Assembly (NCBI GenBank): GCA_012295275.1
Contig: CM022672.1
Span: 12,028,001 to 12,092,000 of the forward strand
Source: Chrysomallon squamiferum
Lineage: Eukaryota; Animalia; Mollusca
Reading direction: 5' to 3'
DNA: 64,000 bases
The stretch's first letter is position 1; every line of letters begins with the position of its first letter. Both the position numbers and the translations under genes were made by a program. Positions 46,290 through 60,479 of this stretch are shown here, one piece after another. A model generated the notes under the pieces. It ran no database searches. It saw only the letters and a list, made by a program, of their open reading frames with translations, and was not told where the DNA came from.

Positions 46290-49200
46290 TTAAGCCCTTT
46301 TTTCCCGTTTGAGAAATATTTTTTCCAGACTCATCATGGGGGCCTCAAACATAAGAGTCACAATGAAAGCCACACCGTAACTTGCCATCAGGAAAGACAG
46401 GAACATGAAAGTCTGAAAAATAACAAATAATCATAGAAAATCAGAGAAAATAAACACAATTTTACTAATACCTTGTGTGAATATGGAGCAAGAATTCATA
46501 GCTAATGCTCAGACAATGTAAATATAATAAGCTAATGTTCAGACAATGAAAATGTAATATGCTAATGTTCAAACAATGAAAATATAATAAGAACTCTCAG
46601 CTAATATTTAAAAAATAATAATAATAAAAAATAAAATAATTTCTATTCTATTCTAACTCTTTTTACGTGCCCACGTCCAATTCAAGGTTCAGGCACGCCT
46701 ATCACGGATCCGATCTCTGGGATTGCCAGGGATGTGTTCCGGGACAGGAGAGGGGAAGGGAAAAGGGGGAAAAGGAATGGGAAGGGAAGAAATAAAATAA
46801 AATTAACACAGCAAGAACCCACAGCTTATATTTACAAAGTACCCTCACCATAGCAACATCATCTACACAGGACACTTGTCACAACACACTACTCTTAAAA
46901 CAACAATCTACAAAACAGTCTTTTCACATCAACATCATCAACCAAGCACACAATATCATTTACAAAGAACCTTTACAAGGACAACATCGTCCACATTGCA
47001 CACTTACCACAGAAATGTCTGTTAAGTGAACAGGCTGCTCCAGGGTGTAGAAGTAGTAGATCATGACCATCGGGTGGACGAGGTAAGCGCAGTAGGTGAG
47101 TCGACTCAGTGGAATAATACCTTTCCATGACAACAGTGTGTTCACAAAGCCTGTGATTATAATTAGAAAAATAGGTGATGTATTTCTTGCAGGTATTTGT
47201 CACAGACAAGAATATCTCGAGTACGTCTCATATGTCACATGTGTTCAGCATATAAAACAAGAATATCTCATGTATTTCATGTGTCGTATGTATTTACCAC
47301 ACAAACGAGAATATCTCATGTATTTCATGTGTCGTATGTGTTTACCACACAAACAAAAATATCTCATGTATTTCATGTGTCGTATGTATTTACCACACAA
47401 ACAAGAATATCTCATGTATTTCATATGTCGTATGTATTTACCACACAAACAAGAATATCTCATGTATTTCATATGTCGTATGTGTTTACCACACAAACAA
47501 GAACATCTTGTGTATATGGACTATATCTTGTCATATATTTATCATATAAAAAATATCTCATGTATTTCTCTTATGCCATATGTCATGTCATTTGTATTTA
47601 TCATATATAATAATATTTCATGTATATACCATATATAAGAATATCTGATGTATTTCTTATGTCATATATTTACCAATACAAGAATATCTCACATATTTAT
47701 TTCTTTTATGTCAGTTGTATTTATCATATATAAGAATACATACAAACATGTATCAACATACTAAAAATAATATATTTTTTTTTATGGAAGAATGAGACAA
47801 TATAAATCATATGAATGCTGAAAGAATAAAAACAGATACAAGAATATTTCTAATAAGTCATCCGTGTTTTCAAAGAATGCATAATTATATAGATGTAAAC
47901 AATAATACATTTAAGAATAAGCCAGTACAACTACATTTCAATATATGTAACTCTGAAATACTAAAAACAGATGTGTAAATATTTCTTATTCGTACTTACA
48001 TACAAAAACATATACAGCAGTAACAACAACAACAACAACAACAACAACAGTACAGTTACCTCCATGTCCTGTGGCACAAGCAAACACCACCCAGCAGATA
48101 CACCCTCCCCACACAGATCGGCTGACTGAATTGTACAAGGCAGCAACGTCGTCTGACATGGGGTGGCCATTGTTGTAATCGTACAGACCATAGACAACAG
48201 ACAGAGCACAAGCAACAGACATGGCCCAGCCAAAGACCACAGTTTTCTGTGGAATACAAAATATATCACACTTTATCAGTCAGTAAAACAAAATAAACCT
48301 TCATTTGTGAGATTTTTTTTGTTGTCACAACATGCCACTGTTTTGTTTAAACATCTATTAATAATTATTGTATCCAATTACTATGTCTAAACTAGGACTG
48401 TCTAATAATACAATTAAAATTTAAAGACATTTGTATCAGTATATTTTGATTGTGAATATTACACGTGAAACAACATTAACAAATGTAATTAAATTTTATG
48501 GAAATAAAATATTATTTGCATGCATAATTCTGATGCCATGAGAAAAACTGACAATCCAGAAAACAATATTAACCAAACTGTCAGTAGGTTTTGTTCTTAG
48601 GATTTTGTTTCAAATATGTTACGCAATGTATTATAGGTATACCTCATATATTGTTTTATAGCTTTTTAGTATGAAGTTTTAAACTTGATAAACAATGTAT
48701 TAAAATTATTACACTGAACTAATATATACATATAAATACATACATATTAATAGAATTATGTTTCAAATATATTATGCAAAGTACACAGACATACACATAC
48801 AGACACACAGAAAGAGAAAAAAAATCTTATTCACTGAATACACTTAGAAGGTTTTATTTACCTTGCTCATACGAACTTTACACTCAGTCTTGTACAGCAG
48901 GTAACCAGTCATTATGCCTATAACATAGGGTCCCATTCTACACCAAGGTACCATGTATATATCTTGAAAGCTTTTACCTCTAAAAAATAAAGAAAAAAAA
49001 AAAAATAATAATAATAATGATGATAGTGATGATGATGGTGATGTTGATGATAATGGTGAACATGAAGATAATAAAGAAGATAAAAATGATGATAAAAATA
49101 CCTCTTAAATGACAGAATATAAACATGAATAAAAACAGTTATGAAAGAAATCAGCTGTTGTCCATTACAGTACTTTTGTTTGTGTATAAACATAATAATT

Positions 49201-49910
49201 ATTTACATACATTACATATAAACACTGATATGTTACTGTTGTCTAAGTTACTCGAGTTAAACTTCATTATAATTGTAAAAATATATTACTGTTGTAGATA
49301 ATGTGAAAAAATCACAATTGATGAAAATGTTGGCAAAACAATGCAGTTGATGAAATTGTGAAAAAATCCACACTACGGTAGTAAAACATGATACAGTTGA
49401 TGAAAATGTGAAATGATCTACACTAATCTACATTACAGTGGTAAAAAGAAACCCATGCTACTGTCACAGAAAATCAGAGACAAATCTACATGACAAACTG
49501 GCTCACGGTTGTGGGTTCTGAGTTGCGTTCATGTTCTGCGCCCCTCCAGTAAGTCCAACACTGAGGTGTTCCACCTTTGTTATCAGAGCAGTTGTGATCA
49601 GGGTTGTGATGAGAAATAACAGGGACATCATTACTCCTAGCAGTCTGGAGCTGAGAAACAAAGAGAAATATATATATATGTATATATTTTAAAAACAAGA
49701 GCAAAAGGTAATAATTCACTTCTGAAGCTAAAAATGTTATGTTATACACCTTAATGTTGAATGTGATACTAAATATTTATTTATTTATTTATTTGTGTGT
49801 GTGTATGTAGGTATGCATGTATGTATGTATGTATGCATGGTTTTTGCGTGTGTGTGTGTGTGAGAGAGAGTGTTGCATGTGTATGGTATGTGTGTTATAT
49901 ATATATATAT

Positions 49911-49980
<70 letters not shown>

Positions 49981-52900
49981 AAGGAGAATTAAAAACTTCT
50001 CAAGCCAAATGGTCATGTTTCTATCAGAATTTCTGAAGAATTATTAAAATAAAATCTTTGCAGAAGACAAAGTAAATACTTACTAAAAAAAAGGTATCAG
50101 AATAAGGGGACTGAGAATGTAAAACTGCATGTCATTTGCTAGATACCAGCTCCAAGCCATACACTGCAAGATGATGATAATGATGATGATGATAATAATC
50201 ATAATAACAATATTGATTATAATAATTAAATAATTGATAATGATGATGATGATGATAAAAAATACTAATTATAATAATTATAAAAATGATGATGATGATG
50301 ATGATAATAAAATAATAATAATAATAATAATAAATTTAAATAATATTATTAACAACAACAACAACAAAATATAAATAATAATAATATCAGAGCATCCCAT
50401 GAATAGGCAGACACCAATATATGCCATTCCTGAACAAAACAAAAAACAAAAAGTAACCAAAAAAAGTTAAATAAAAAAATTAAAAATGTATATACAATAA
50501 ATTTTAATTAAAATAATGAAAAATTTAATTAGTAACTAAATAAATTACCCAAGAGAGCTGAAACCTAATAATCATTAATATTAAAACGTAGAAACGCAAG
50601 CACTCGTTTATTAATTTTGATGTACTTACCATTTTGTCTTTCTTGACGATGTTGTTGATGTACAAAAGGTTGGTCCACCACGTGTCTTCGCATTCATTCT
50701 GTTCGTACCCAGTCTGCTTCCACAGCGGCCCTGATCCGATGTACGGCAACAGTGGGACGTACACCATCAACAGCAGCATGTATGGCGGTGTCAGTCTGAA
50801 ATATGTCATCAAATACAGAACAGTGATTATTTAAGTGTAATGATTATTGAAATATTTAGCAATGATTAGTGAAACATTTAACAAATAATTAGTGAAATAT
50901 TTAACAAATAATTAGTGAAATATTTAACAAATAATTAGTGAAATATTTAACAAATAATTAGTGAAATATTTAACAAATAATTAGTGAAATATGTAGCAAT
51001 GATTAGTGAAATATTTATCAATGATTAGTAAATTATTTAACAAATGATTAGTGAAATATTTAACAATGATTAGTGAAATATATAGTGATGTTTACTGAAA
51101 TATATAACAGTAATATATATATACTTACTGAAATATTAAATTATGATAACCGAAAGTAATTAGCACTATGTAATTCTGTAATTACCTCCAGAATCTGTGG
51201 AAATAGAAAAGAGCCCAGTTCATCTTCAGACCTTTCCCAAGTCTTTTCATTTCCTTCAGTGTCAGGTAGGCTACCAAGAGTCCACTGTGAACACAAGAAA
51301 AATGTCTCTAAAGTTATGTTGCACAAAAACCATGAAGTAGACTTAAATAAAACTCTTTACTTCAATTTGTGAACGACAAGTTTCACTAATTATTGTTGAA
51401 TTCTAGCAAATGAAATGAATTAAAATAAAACTAAAAATGAATTAAAAGGAAACTGAACTAAAATGGACTGATTTGAACTGAACTGATTTGAACTAAACTG
51501 AATAAAAAATAAAAAATGAACTGAAACAGATCGATTTCGTGTTATCTTGAACTCAAAGTGAAAAACTGAATTGGGTCAGTTTAACAGAATAAAATCAAAG
51601 AGAAGTGAAATGGAGATTCACCTTAGTGTGAAGAAAGTGTCAACTGAAAATGTTGCGTTGACAATGCACTGGAACGAAAAACGTTTTACATCGTCCAACA
51701 GAACCATTAAATTATCTGTCAGAAGAAAAGTAAATCTTTTAACAGAAGTTAAACAGACATTATTTAATTTTTAAAAATAAATAAATAATAATTAACAAAT
51801 TAAATTTTTTTTTAAATAAATAAATAAATAATAATAACAATAATAATAAAAACAATAAGCTATATGAAAATACAAAACAAGACAAGAAAAAAGCAAAAAA
51901 AAAATTAAAATTTAAAATTAAAAAAAAATTAAGAAATAATAAATAAGATTTGCAAAAAATAGAGAAACAAACAAGAAACAAAAACTGTTTGTATTATTAA
52001 TATTATTATTTTTGTTTTTAAGTTAATAAAACGAAGAAATAATACATTTACACTGGGCATAGCACTTTGTATCTCATTCCCTGGAATCATTCTACTGATG
52101 ATAAAACTTTTAATTTATTACTTCATACTTCTTTCTAACAGACTTGAGTAACAGAGAAAGTATAGAAAAAAAATCACCAAAAAATATTAAGACTTTTTAA
52201 TAATAAATTATCTTGTTCTAAAACGTTACTTCTGTTTACTAATGAACTGACCAACAACTGCCAGGCCAAACACGTATGAATGTCCGAGGATGATCCAGGT
52301 CATGCTGATGAAGCGGATCCCATGGACAGCGGTCAGTGTGCCCTGTGGCTGTGTGGTGTCCAGCAGCTTCTTGACGTTCGTGTACAGAGAAAACGACAGG
52401 AAAATCCTCATAAGCACAGCTGAAACGAGAAACTATTTCAGAAACAAATGCTAAAAAGTTATATTCATTGAAAATGCCATATCCGAAATTCTCAAATTCT
52501 TAAAAAGTTCTGGAATCCAAAACGTTTTCCAAGCAGTAGAAATAGTCATGTATCTTACCGTTTTCAGACTGTTTTGAATACACAAACTTCATTTTGTGAC
52601 ACAAAATTATTAAAAACATTATACATAAAAAAAAGAAAAGAATTCACAATATTTGTAGAAGTTGTTATGAAATATAAATGGAATTCACATTTAGACTTAG
52701 ATGCTATTCTCAGGCTGTCACAGTACAGTGGGAGTGTGTACATGTGTGTTTTATGTATCCAACTGTTCATGTGAAAAGAGAAAATCAGATAAAGTACATC
52801 TGAAAGGAAGAGAGAGAAGGAATTTTAATAGCAGTGAGAGAATGACAGAAAAAAAAATGAGAGAAAGACAGAGTGGTAGAGAGACAAAAATACAAATGAG

Positions 52901-55448
52901 ATAATGATAGAGTGGTATAGAGACAAAAAGACAAATGATAGAAAGACAGACAGAGAAAGATAACTCCAGTATGTGAATATTACACAATAAAATAATAAAT
53001 GATTTCTTCAAACTTATTAATTTTAATTAAAACAATACATTGTGTTTTCATTTCTTACAAGGCAATGCTGACTTTTTCTTTTCTCCAATAAGTGGAGTGC
53101 ATTCGTCATCGCCAGCCAGAGCCTTGTTGTTCAGGCGTGGGATGATTTCTGCGTCGTTGGCCATGTGACTGGGCATTCCATCTGTCCCCAGAGACAGGCG
53201 TGCTTTCATAGGCAGCTGAACAAAGACAACGTCTATGAAAGTGCCTATGAGAATGACAGCCACAAAGACCATTACAACAATGCTGAAAAATAAATTCAAT
53301 ATTCAAACTGCGTAAGTGTTGATACTCTTAGTAGATTTAAATTTTCGTTTTAAATTCACTTTATGAAAGGTTAAATAGTAAACTTTAATGTGTTAACAAT
53401 CTGTTAGATCTCAATTTTAATTTAATTAACATACAGATAGATAGATAGACAAATAGACAGACAAGACAAGACAAACAGACAGACAGACACTTACAGAACT
53501 GCAACTGCCTTTCCACTCATTGTGCGTCCATCCTCAGAACACTCACTTGACCCAATTTTGAGACCTTTCGTTATATTAGTTCCAGTAATGTTCTGTACAT
53601 CATCCAGAACTTTAAATAAATAAAAAAAAAAAAAATAAATAAATAAATAAATAGTTAAATAAATAAATAAACAAAGAAATAAATAATCATATAGTTAAAG
53701 AATCTAGTAAAAAAAACCATATACATAAACAATAAAATAAAATAAACCAAAAATAAAAATATAACAAAAAATATAACAAGAATAAAATACATTAAGCCAA
53801 AAATGTAATAAAAATAAGTAAGTAAACATGCAAACAATATAATGTTTTAAACAGCAAATTTAAAATACACAAATTAAAATACAAATAAATAAATGAATGA
53901 AAAATAAAATAACCATTTAAAAAGATTTAAACACTAAATAAATAAACGTGTTTATAACTAATATGTAATAATATGTCTATCATTAAGACTGTACCAAAAT
54001 GGCAGAAAAGATCTCTAAACTTTTGTTTATTTTTGAATGACAATATTTTAATATTCAGTGCTAAATGACAGTATTCTAATGCTGTGAATTTTCTTACGAC
54101 TGTTGAGAATATTTGTAGCATCACTGCTTGAACATGAATCTGGTAAACAAACACCCATCTGAATTCCAATGAACAGAAAAGGGCTGGCCTATGAGGCAAA
54201 AAAATACAGTATATGTATAATAATAATAATAAACAAAAGTACAACCTTTCTTAATAAAATATATTATTCAGTGAGTAAAATATCAAACATTATCCTATCC
54301 ATAATATATTAGTGAAATATAAAACATTATTTTATCAGTGATATAACATACATTATCCTGTCTATCAAATATCTAACATTATCCTATCCATAATATATCA
54401 AGCATTATCCTATGACTGATCTATCAAACATTATCCTATCAGTGAAATATCAAACTCTATCCTATGAGGCACATTAAATATAATCCAACAATTGGGATAT
54501 CAAAAACCAAACTTTCTTATCAAATATTATTCCTTACCTGTGAACCTCCTGATAAATTTATCTTTGCAAGGCAGTACTTTCCTTTGAAAGTATCATCAGG
54601 TTTAGAATGTTTAGACAACTGACTGGTGTTGTAGTATATTTCTGCCTTCACCCCTCTGCACTCTTTGTAAGATCCCAACCAGATCATATTTCCCTGTAAT
54701 ATGCCACTTCCTGGCTTTCCTGTAGCATCTATAACTGAAATATCAAATAACATCCTATCAGTTTTACTGAAATATCAAATAAAATCCTAAAGTTTTACTG
54801 AAATATCAAATAACATCCTATTAGTTTTACTGAAATAACATCCTATTAGTTATACTGAAATAACATCCTATTAGTTATACTGAAATATCAAATAACATCC
54901 TATCAGTTTTACTGAAATATCAAATAACATCCTAATAGTTTTACTGAAATATCAAATAACATCCTGTTATGTTTTACTTGAACATCAAATAAAATACTAA
55001 TTTTACTGAAATATCAAACAATATCCAGTTAGTTTTATTGGAATATCAATGTCATGTTAGTTTTACAGGATATAAAATATTTTATTAGTTTTAGTGAAAT
55101 ATCAAACAATATCCTTTTATCATTATATGGAGGGGGGCTGGGAAAACATCAAAGAATGGAATATAAAACATAATTTTATCAACAAAACATCAATTAATAC
55201 CCTATTGATAATATAATTATGGCTGGAGATACTAAACAGTTAAGGCTCTCATATTTACGTTTATCAAACAGTATCTATATCAGTCTGTGTATGTATGTGT
55301 GAGTTTATATATATATATGCATGTATGTATGCATGGGTGTATATATATATATGTATGTATGTATCTATGTATGTATTTTTGTGTATATATATGTATCTAT
55401 GTGTGTATGAATGTATGTATGTATGTACGTATGTATGTATGTACGTAC

Positions 55449-55480
<32 letters not shown>

Positions 55481-55990
55481 ATGTGTATGTATGTACGTAT
55501 GTATGTACATATGTACGTACGTACGTATGTATGTATGTATGTATGTATGTATATGTGTATGTATGTATGTATATATATATATATATATATCAGTAATAGC
55601 TTTACACTTACTTTGTTCAACCCACGGTGTTTTGGTATTCATAATAAACTGAGCAATCATATTTCCCGTTTGGTTAAAACATTTGTCTGTAACATTCGCC
55701 TTTGCGAACAAACGGTCAAACAGCTGTCTTTGCGAAAACGAATCTGTATCTGCAACGTCCCTGATCTGTGCTGTCCTGGCAAAGTAGTTCCAGCTGAGAA
55801 CATCTGTCAGTTCCATCGCATCGCTGGCTACTTTCTCAGCGTCCTGCTGCAGCTGTCTGCTGCTGTGTATGAGGGTGTGAGCGTTCTGCAGCAGCGTCAG
55901 GTACAAGCTTTGTTCTGGTCGCTGGCTCTGGGTGAAGACATCGCTGACAGACAGCAAGAAGAAACACAGAACAACAGACACGACGAACAT
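46290..55990 (-). CDS. nrf-6: Nose resistant to fluoxetine-6 (NRF-6)/O-acyltransferase-like protein (NRF domain plus acyltransferase-3 multi-TM domain), 775 aa
   Basis: Exons 55990-55612, 54734-54538, 54188-54098, 53609-53495, 53282-53059, 52419-52252, 51715-51622, 51284-51186, 50795-50630, 50163-50084, 49650-49507, 48979-48862, 48246-48060, 47150-47008 and 46412-46290, phase-consistent, total 2328 nt. Signal peptide, NRF motif DATGKPGSGILQGN..WLGSY.EC, GVCLPDSCS, HGIRFISMTWIILGH, SVDTFF.LSGLL, HRFWRLTP.Y, WWTNLLYINN, WSWYLANDMQFY, PLSRLTYCAYLVHP, FEAP. Confidence 0.95.
46501..46590 (+). repeat. 30-bp tandem repeat, 3 copies
   Basis: gctaatg(c/t)tca(g/a)acaatg(t/a)aaat(a/g)taata at 46501, 46531 and 46561. 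Confidence 0.85.
46642..46790 (-). mobile_element. Probable 5'-truncated SINE/LINE 3' end in the last NRF-6 intron
   Basis: GC/CpG-rich island reading ..ggcgtgcctgaaccttgaattggacgtgggcacgtaaaaagagtt followed by an (agaat)n tail on the minus strand, as expected of a retroposon 3' terminus. Confidence 0.55.
47200..47740 (+). repeat. 48-bp minisatellite (about 5.5 good copies plus degenerate flanks)
   Basis: Unit aacaagaatatctcatgtatttcatgtgtcgtatgtatttaccacaca. It explains the 16-aa-periodic ORFs in the track. Confidence 0.95.
50840..51100 (+). repeat. 23-bp minisatellite in an NRF-6 intron
   Basis: Unit attagtgaaatatttaacaaata, about 10 copies. Confidence 0.9.
54734..55110 (+). repeat. 25-32-bp minisatellite abutting the NRF-6 coding exon 2 acceptor
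   Basis: Unit actgaaatatcaaataacatcctatcagtttt at 54734, 54766, 54797, 54829, 54854, 54879, 54911, 54943 and 55005. Confidence 0.9.
55288..55590 (+). repeat. Compound (TATG)n/(TA)n microsatellite
   Basis: Directly visible. Source of the MYVC/IHTY spurious ORFs. Confidence 0.95.
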
Positions 55991-58900
55991 GGTTTGATTT
56001 TCAGAATCAGTTGCAAACTTCCATAAGCTGATTATAAACTGTTTGCTTTTTTTGTTGTTTTTTTATGATGATGATGAACTGTGAATGAGAGGAAAAAAGA
56101 AAAGAAAGAAAATTTATAATAATATTTTTTTTTTTTTTTCAGTTGTTTAAAGCTAGACCAATAGTTATGTGGTTTTAAAAATATTTTAGATGTTGAACAT
56201 AACTCTATACTAACATTTATGTTGTAGATGTTAATGACTACATCAGCTATCACAATGCACTGAGCTATAAGAGAATATCTGATGAACTCTTTCCAGCACC
56301 TGGATATCATCAGCTTCTGTTATAGTCCAGATTTCTGTAATTACATGGTTATAGCCACTTTGGTGTTGAAAAGGATAAAATGTTTATATTCTTCAGTGTT
56401 CAGTGGCTCACATAATAAAAATATCTCAAAAATAAAAAAACATTTCAGTACAGTAATTGCATGCCCTTTGATATACAGCTTAAATAACAGTACAGACAAG
56501 CACACACAAACATTTGTAAAACATGCTCACAAAACTGGGTTGTTGACAGTGACTGTCAGCTTTTTAAGCTCATCACAATAGGTCATTTTAAAACTAATTA
56601 GCTACACTTTTACTCACAAACACGTTTGTACAAACTTACACACACACACAAACACATACACAAAATAAATTTACAATTTCAATGAATAGTAAATGAGAAT
56701 AGTAAAAAAAAAAAAAAAAAAAAAAATTAAATATTCATGTTACATTTAAACTAATAATAATGAATATTTATATAACTAGATAAATTTATTTTACTTATTA
56801 CTCATCCTATTTTGAGTTTTGTCTTTGCAGCCAAGACACTGAATTAACTCACAGCTATATCAAACATAAATATGATAATATCCTTCTTAGCTGATCCATA
56901 CTGATACCTCTGTCTTTGTCATTTTAGTAAACAAATGTATATCAAATATATACAACAAAAAAAAAAATAATAAAAGAGGTCCAGCAATATTTTCCATTCA
57001 TCAATTTCACATATATAATAATAATGTGCATACAGAAGGATTAAAAAAAAAAAAAAATAAAAAACTTTCTTCATATTTAAAAAATGTGATTTCAATGTCT
57101 AACTGCATAATTATTTTTTTTCATTCAAAACACATTAATATTATTACTGTCATGTTTCATTTATTTTATTATATCAAATTTTAATAGCTTATTTATGATA
57201 ATAATAAATATCACTAAAGAAAAACAACCTCTTCACATGAACAGTAATAAAAATGAAAGAAGTGAATGTATATATTAATGTATGTATGTCAACATGTGAA
57301 TATATTATTTGTATGTATACTAATAATAAACACAAGAAAGCCTAGAAAACAATAAATGTTAAAAAAGTATATTTACATAAACTTTATGTTTATTACCTTG
57401 ATAAATAATGCCACTTTAACAAATTCTCATATTTTTCCCCCCATCATCAAAATAATATCCAAAAACGTGTCTTAACAAACATCAAAAATATTTACATGTT
57501 TTCATGTTATGCATTAATGTGTATTTGTTATCAGGAATATGCACATATATTACTGCCTTTTGCCCTGTGTAGTTCATTAAAAGCAACTAGATGAAAAAAT
57601 CTGTACAGCAAAAATGTTTTCAAACCGTGACAAAATCAGTGACATGTTTTTAATGTTGCTGAATATGAATAAACAGTATTTTGCCTGAATCACTTTTTGA
57701 AATTCAGTGACTTCTTTATATTCAGTGAACCATTCAGTAATGTTGTTTGTAGATGTTAAGTATCACTAGTGAGAAATACTTGGGTTCAGTGTTATACATG
57801 TACAAGGTTCAGTTTGCAAGATAAATACGCAGTAACAACTTTATACAAATTGCATAGCATATACAATCATACATATAATTATACAGTTGATGCTTTATGC
57901 AAAAAAATAAATATATGTATGTAAATAAATAAAAATAAAAAGAATTGTTTTAAAGATGTGAACTGTACAGTAATGTACACAAACATAAAAGGTAATTAGG
58001 TGGGGGTTTTTTTGTTGCTGTAAGTTACAAATTCTCTATACTGATTTGAACTACCTCTTTATGTATGTATATCACAGCTAACAGAATAATCAAGTGTATA
58101 AAAATATAATTAATAAATTATATATATATATAAAATAAAAACATAATAAATAATATATATGAATCTATATTTAAAAAATAATAATAAAAAATAAAAATAA
58201 ATAGAAAATTAATCAAAATCACACAGTTATTGTTGAAAAATTTCTTCTTTTTTTTTTTAAATCATGTATGTAATAATAAGAAAAACAAAACCTTCTGACG
58301 TCACTTCATGACTGCTTTTATCAATCTTCAGCAAGAGATTTGTTTTTATATGCACCTTCCCATGGACAGAAAAAATATAAAATACAACCTTTGATTCAAA
58401 TAATTTTATTCAAAACAAATTTTTTATTTAGTTATATGGTGTTAAAAATATATTTAAAGAATGACAGTGATGAAATCTGAGGACACTATCTATTGATCAG
58501 GCACATAAACTAGACTGAATTAATAGTAGAATATGCATGATTTTCGAATTATACAAACATGAAGTATCTCACATGCAGTATTTCAATATTTATTTTATAT
58601 GTGGTACATATGTTATGTATATCAAACACCTGCTAGGCCAAATTCAAATGTTTGATATTAATATTCTGCAAATGTTGATTATGTAACAACTGAACATTGT
58701 TTATCTCCAAAACCAAGTAAGATCTGTTTTATTTTTTTCATAATTTTTTTCAATGTATTTAGCTAAATAATGACATAGTTTTGTCAACCATGTCCATGAT
58801 TTCTCTGTACATGACCACAAAATATTCATCAGACCACGAATTGCTTTATTCCATTGCTTTGATAACATCAAAAACAAACACTTATGTATGACTAAGAAGG

Positions 58901-60479
58901 AAAAATGAAAGCAAACATTTTGAGATGGAGGTTATTAAGAAATAATAATAATTATAGTTTAAAAAAAAAAAAAACAACAACAGATCCAGCAATATTTTCT
59001 ATTCAGCCATTTCACATATATAATAATGTATGTAACAAAAATGTTTCACAATATATCTGACTGAGCTTAAATGTGCATACAGAAGAATTAATAAAAATGA
59101 ATACAAACTATTTATTTTTTATTTTTCATATTTAACAATAAAATAAAAAAATGATTATAATATTAAATGGCAAAAATATTTACTTGTATTTACCACAATA
59201 ACTACATATGTGAATAAAAATTCTAAAAATAAAATAAATAAATAAAATAATAATAGTAAATGTTGAAAAGATTTATTATGCATTCAAAGTTCAGACTACA
59301 ACTACAGTGGTTAACAAGAGAAACAGAAGAAAAAGAATTATTACTATTATTTTCTTTCTTTTTTTTTTTTGGTTATGAAAAATGAAGTAGCTGCCATTGT
59401 GTCCATGTTACTGAGATCCTATTACTTAACAAGTCAACTCATTTTTGATTGTGTTGATAATCCAAGGTTTCTTATGTGTCGGTGACAACTCTTTTTGGTT
59501 CACCATGAAATAACAGGGTGTATTAAATAGCTGTAAAATAATAGTGTAGAACTGTGATGTGTCATACTGGACTATATAAACAATTCTCTGTGTATGTATA
59601 TACTTTTTTCAGATTATAAAAAAAATGTTGTTTTAATTTTTTTTCTCTTTGTGTGTTCTTTTCTGTTGAATTTATAAAATATTAATTATTATTATTATTA
59701 CTACAACTTTATTTATTATTATTATATTATTATTATTATTACTTAATTTATTATTGTTGTTATTATTATTATTATATTTGTTTGCTTTGTTTAGTATGAG
59801 GTTCATCTTTCTCATCTTTTCATTTTTTCCATATTTTGTATTTATAATATCAGTTAATAAAAGAAAACTATTATTTTATACTGACATGCAGTGACCTAAG
59901 TTGGTCTCTGTTTGGCTAACTATTTACTTTTTCTTATCTACAAATGTTACTAAAATGAAGGTTACATTTTGATTTAATTTGTTCTAATTTGTATTCAGTA
60001 ATTTAATTTGTATATATATATATCTATATCTAGATATAGATATAGATATATAGATAGATAACGTTTTCTTTTTAAAAATATTAAAATATAGATTAATAAT
60101 TTATAATTTATAGCCTTTAGCAAAACAAAGTCATTAATATTTGTAAACCAAAAAGTACTCATTATGTTTAACATTTGTAAAATTTGAAGCATTTTTCACA
60201 TTTGTTAAACAAAGTTTTATTTATACTCAAAGTTTACACAACTGTGTAAAACCAAAAATATTATGTGTATAAATACCTGTAATTATGTTCTGCTGAGTCA
60301 TGCTACATGGAATCTCAATTTTTTTAAAATGCACTTCTTATTATGCAGAATAACGTCTTTAAATTAAAAAAAAAAATGTCATATATTACTATTATTATTA
60401 ATGACATCAACAATAAAACAATATCAATAATAAAAAAATTAAAAAAAAAAACATCAACAAATTACAGTAAAACTAATTT

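Noticed and set aside
46290-46315. NRF-6 C-terminus KREKRA as a dilysine ER-retrieval signal
   Set aside because: Lys at -3 but Glu at -4 and Arg at -5, so it does not meet KKxx or KxKxx.
47096-47638. 180-aa and 137-aa repetitive ORFs (KQEYLMYFMCRMYLPH)n antisense to NRF-6, superficially CRISPR-like or a repeat protein
   Set aside because: Fully explained by a 48-bp head-to-tail minisatellite (multiple of 3, stop-free). No unique spacers, cas genes or promoter.
50380-50432. GC-richer intronic segment with an acceptor-like ttgttcag (alternative exon or C/D snoRNA)
   Set aside because: No donor, no box C on the host strand, and the NRF-6 model is complete without it.
55264-56026. Long MYVC/IHTY ORFs on both strands
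   Set aside because: Translation of a (TATG)n microsatellite plus the antisense of NRF-6 coding exon 1.
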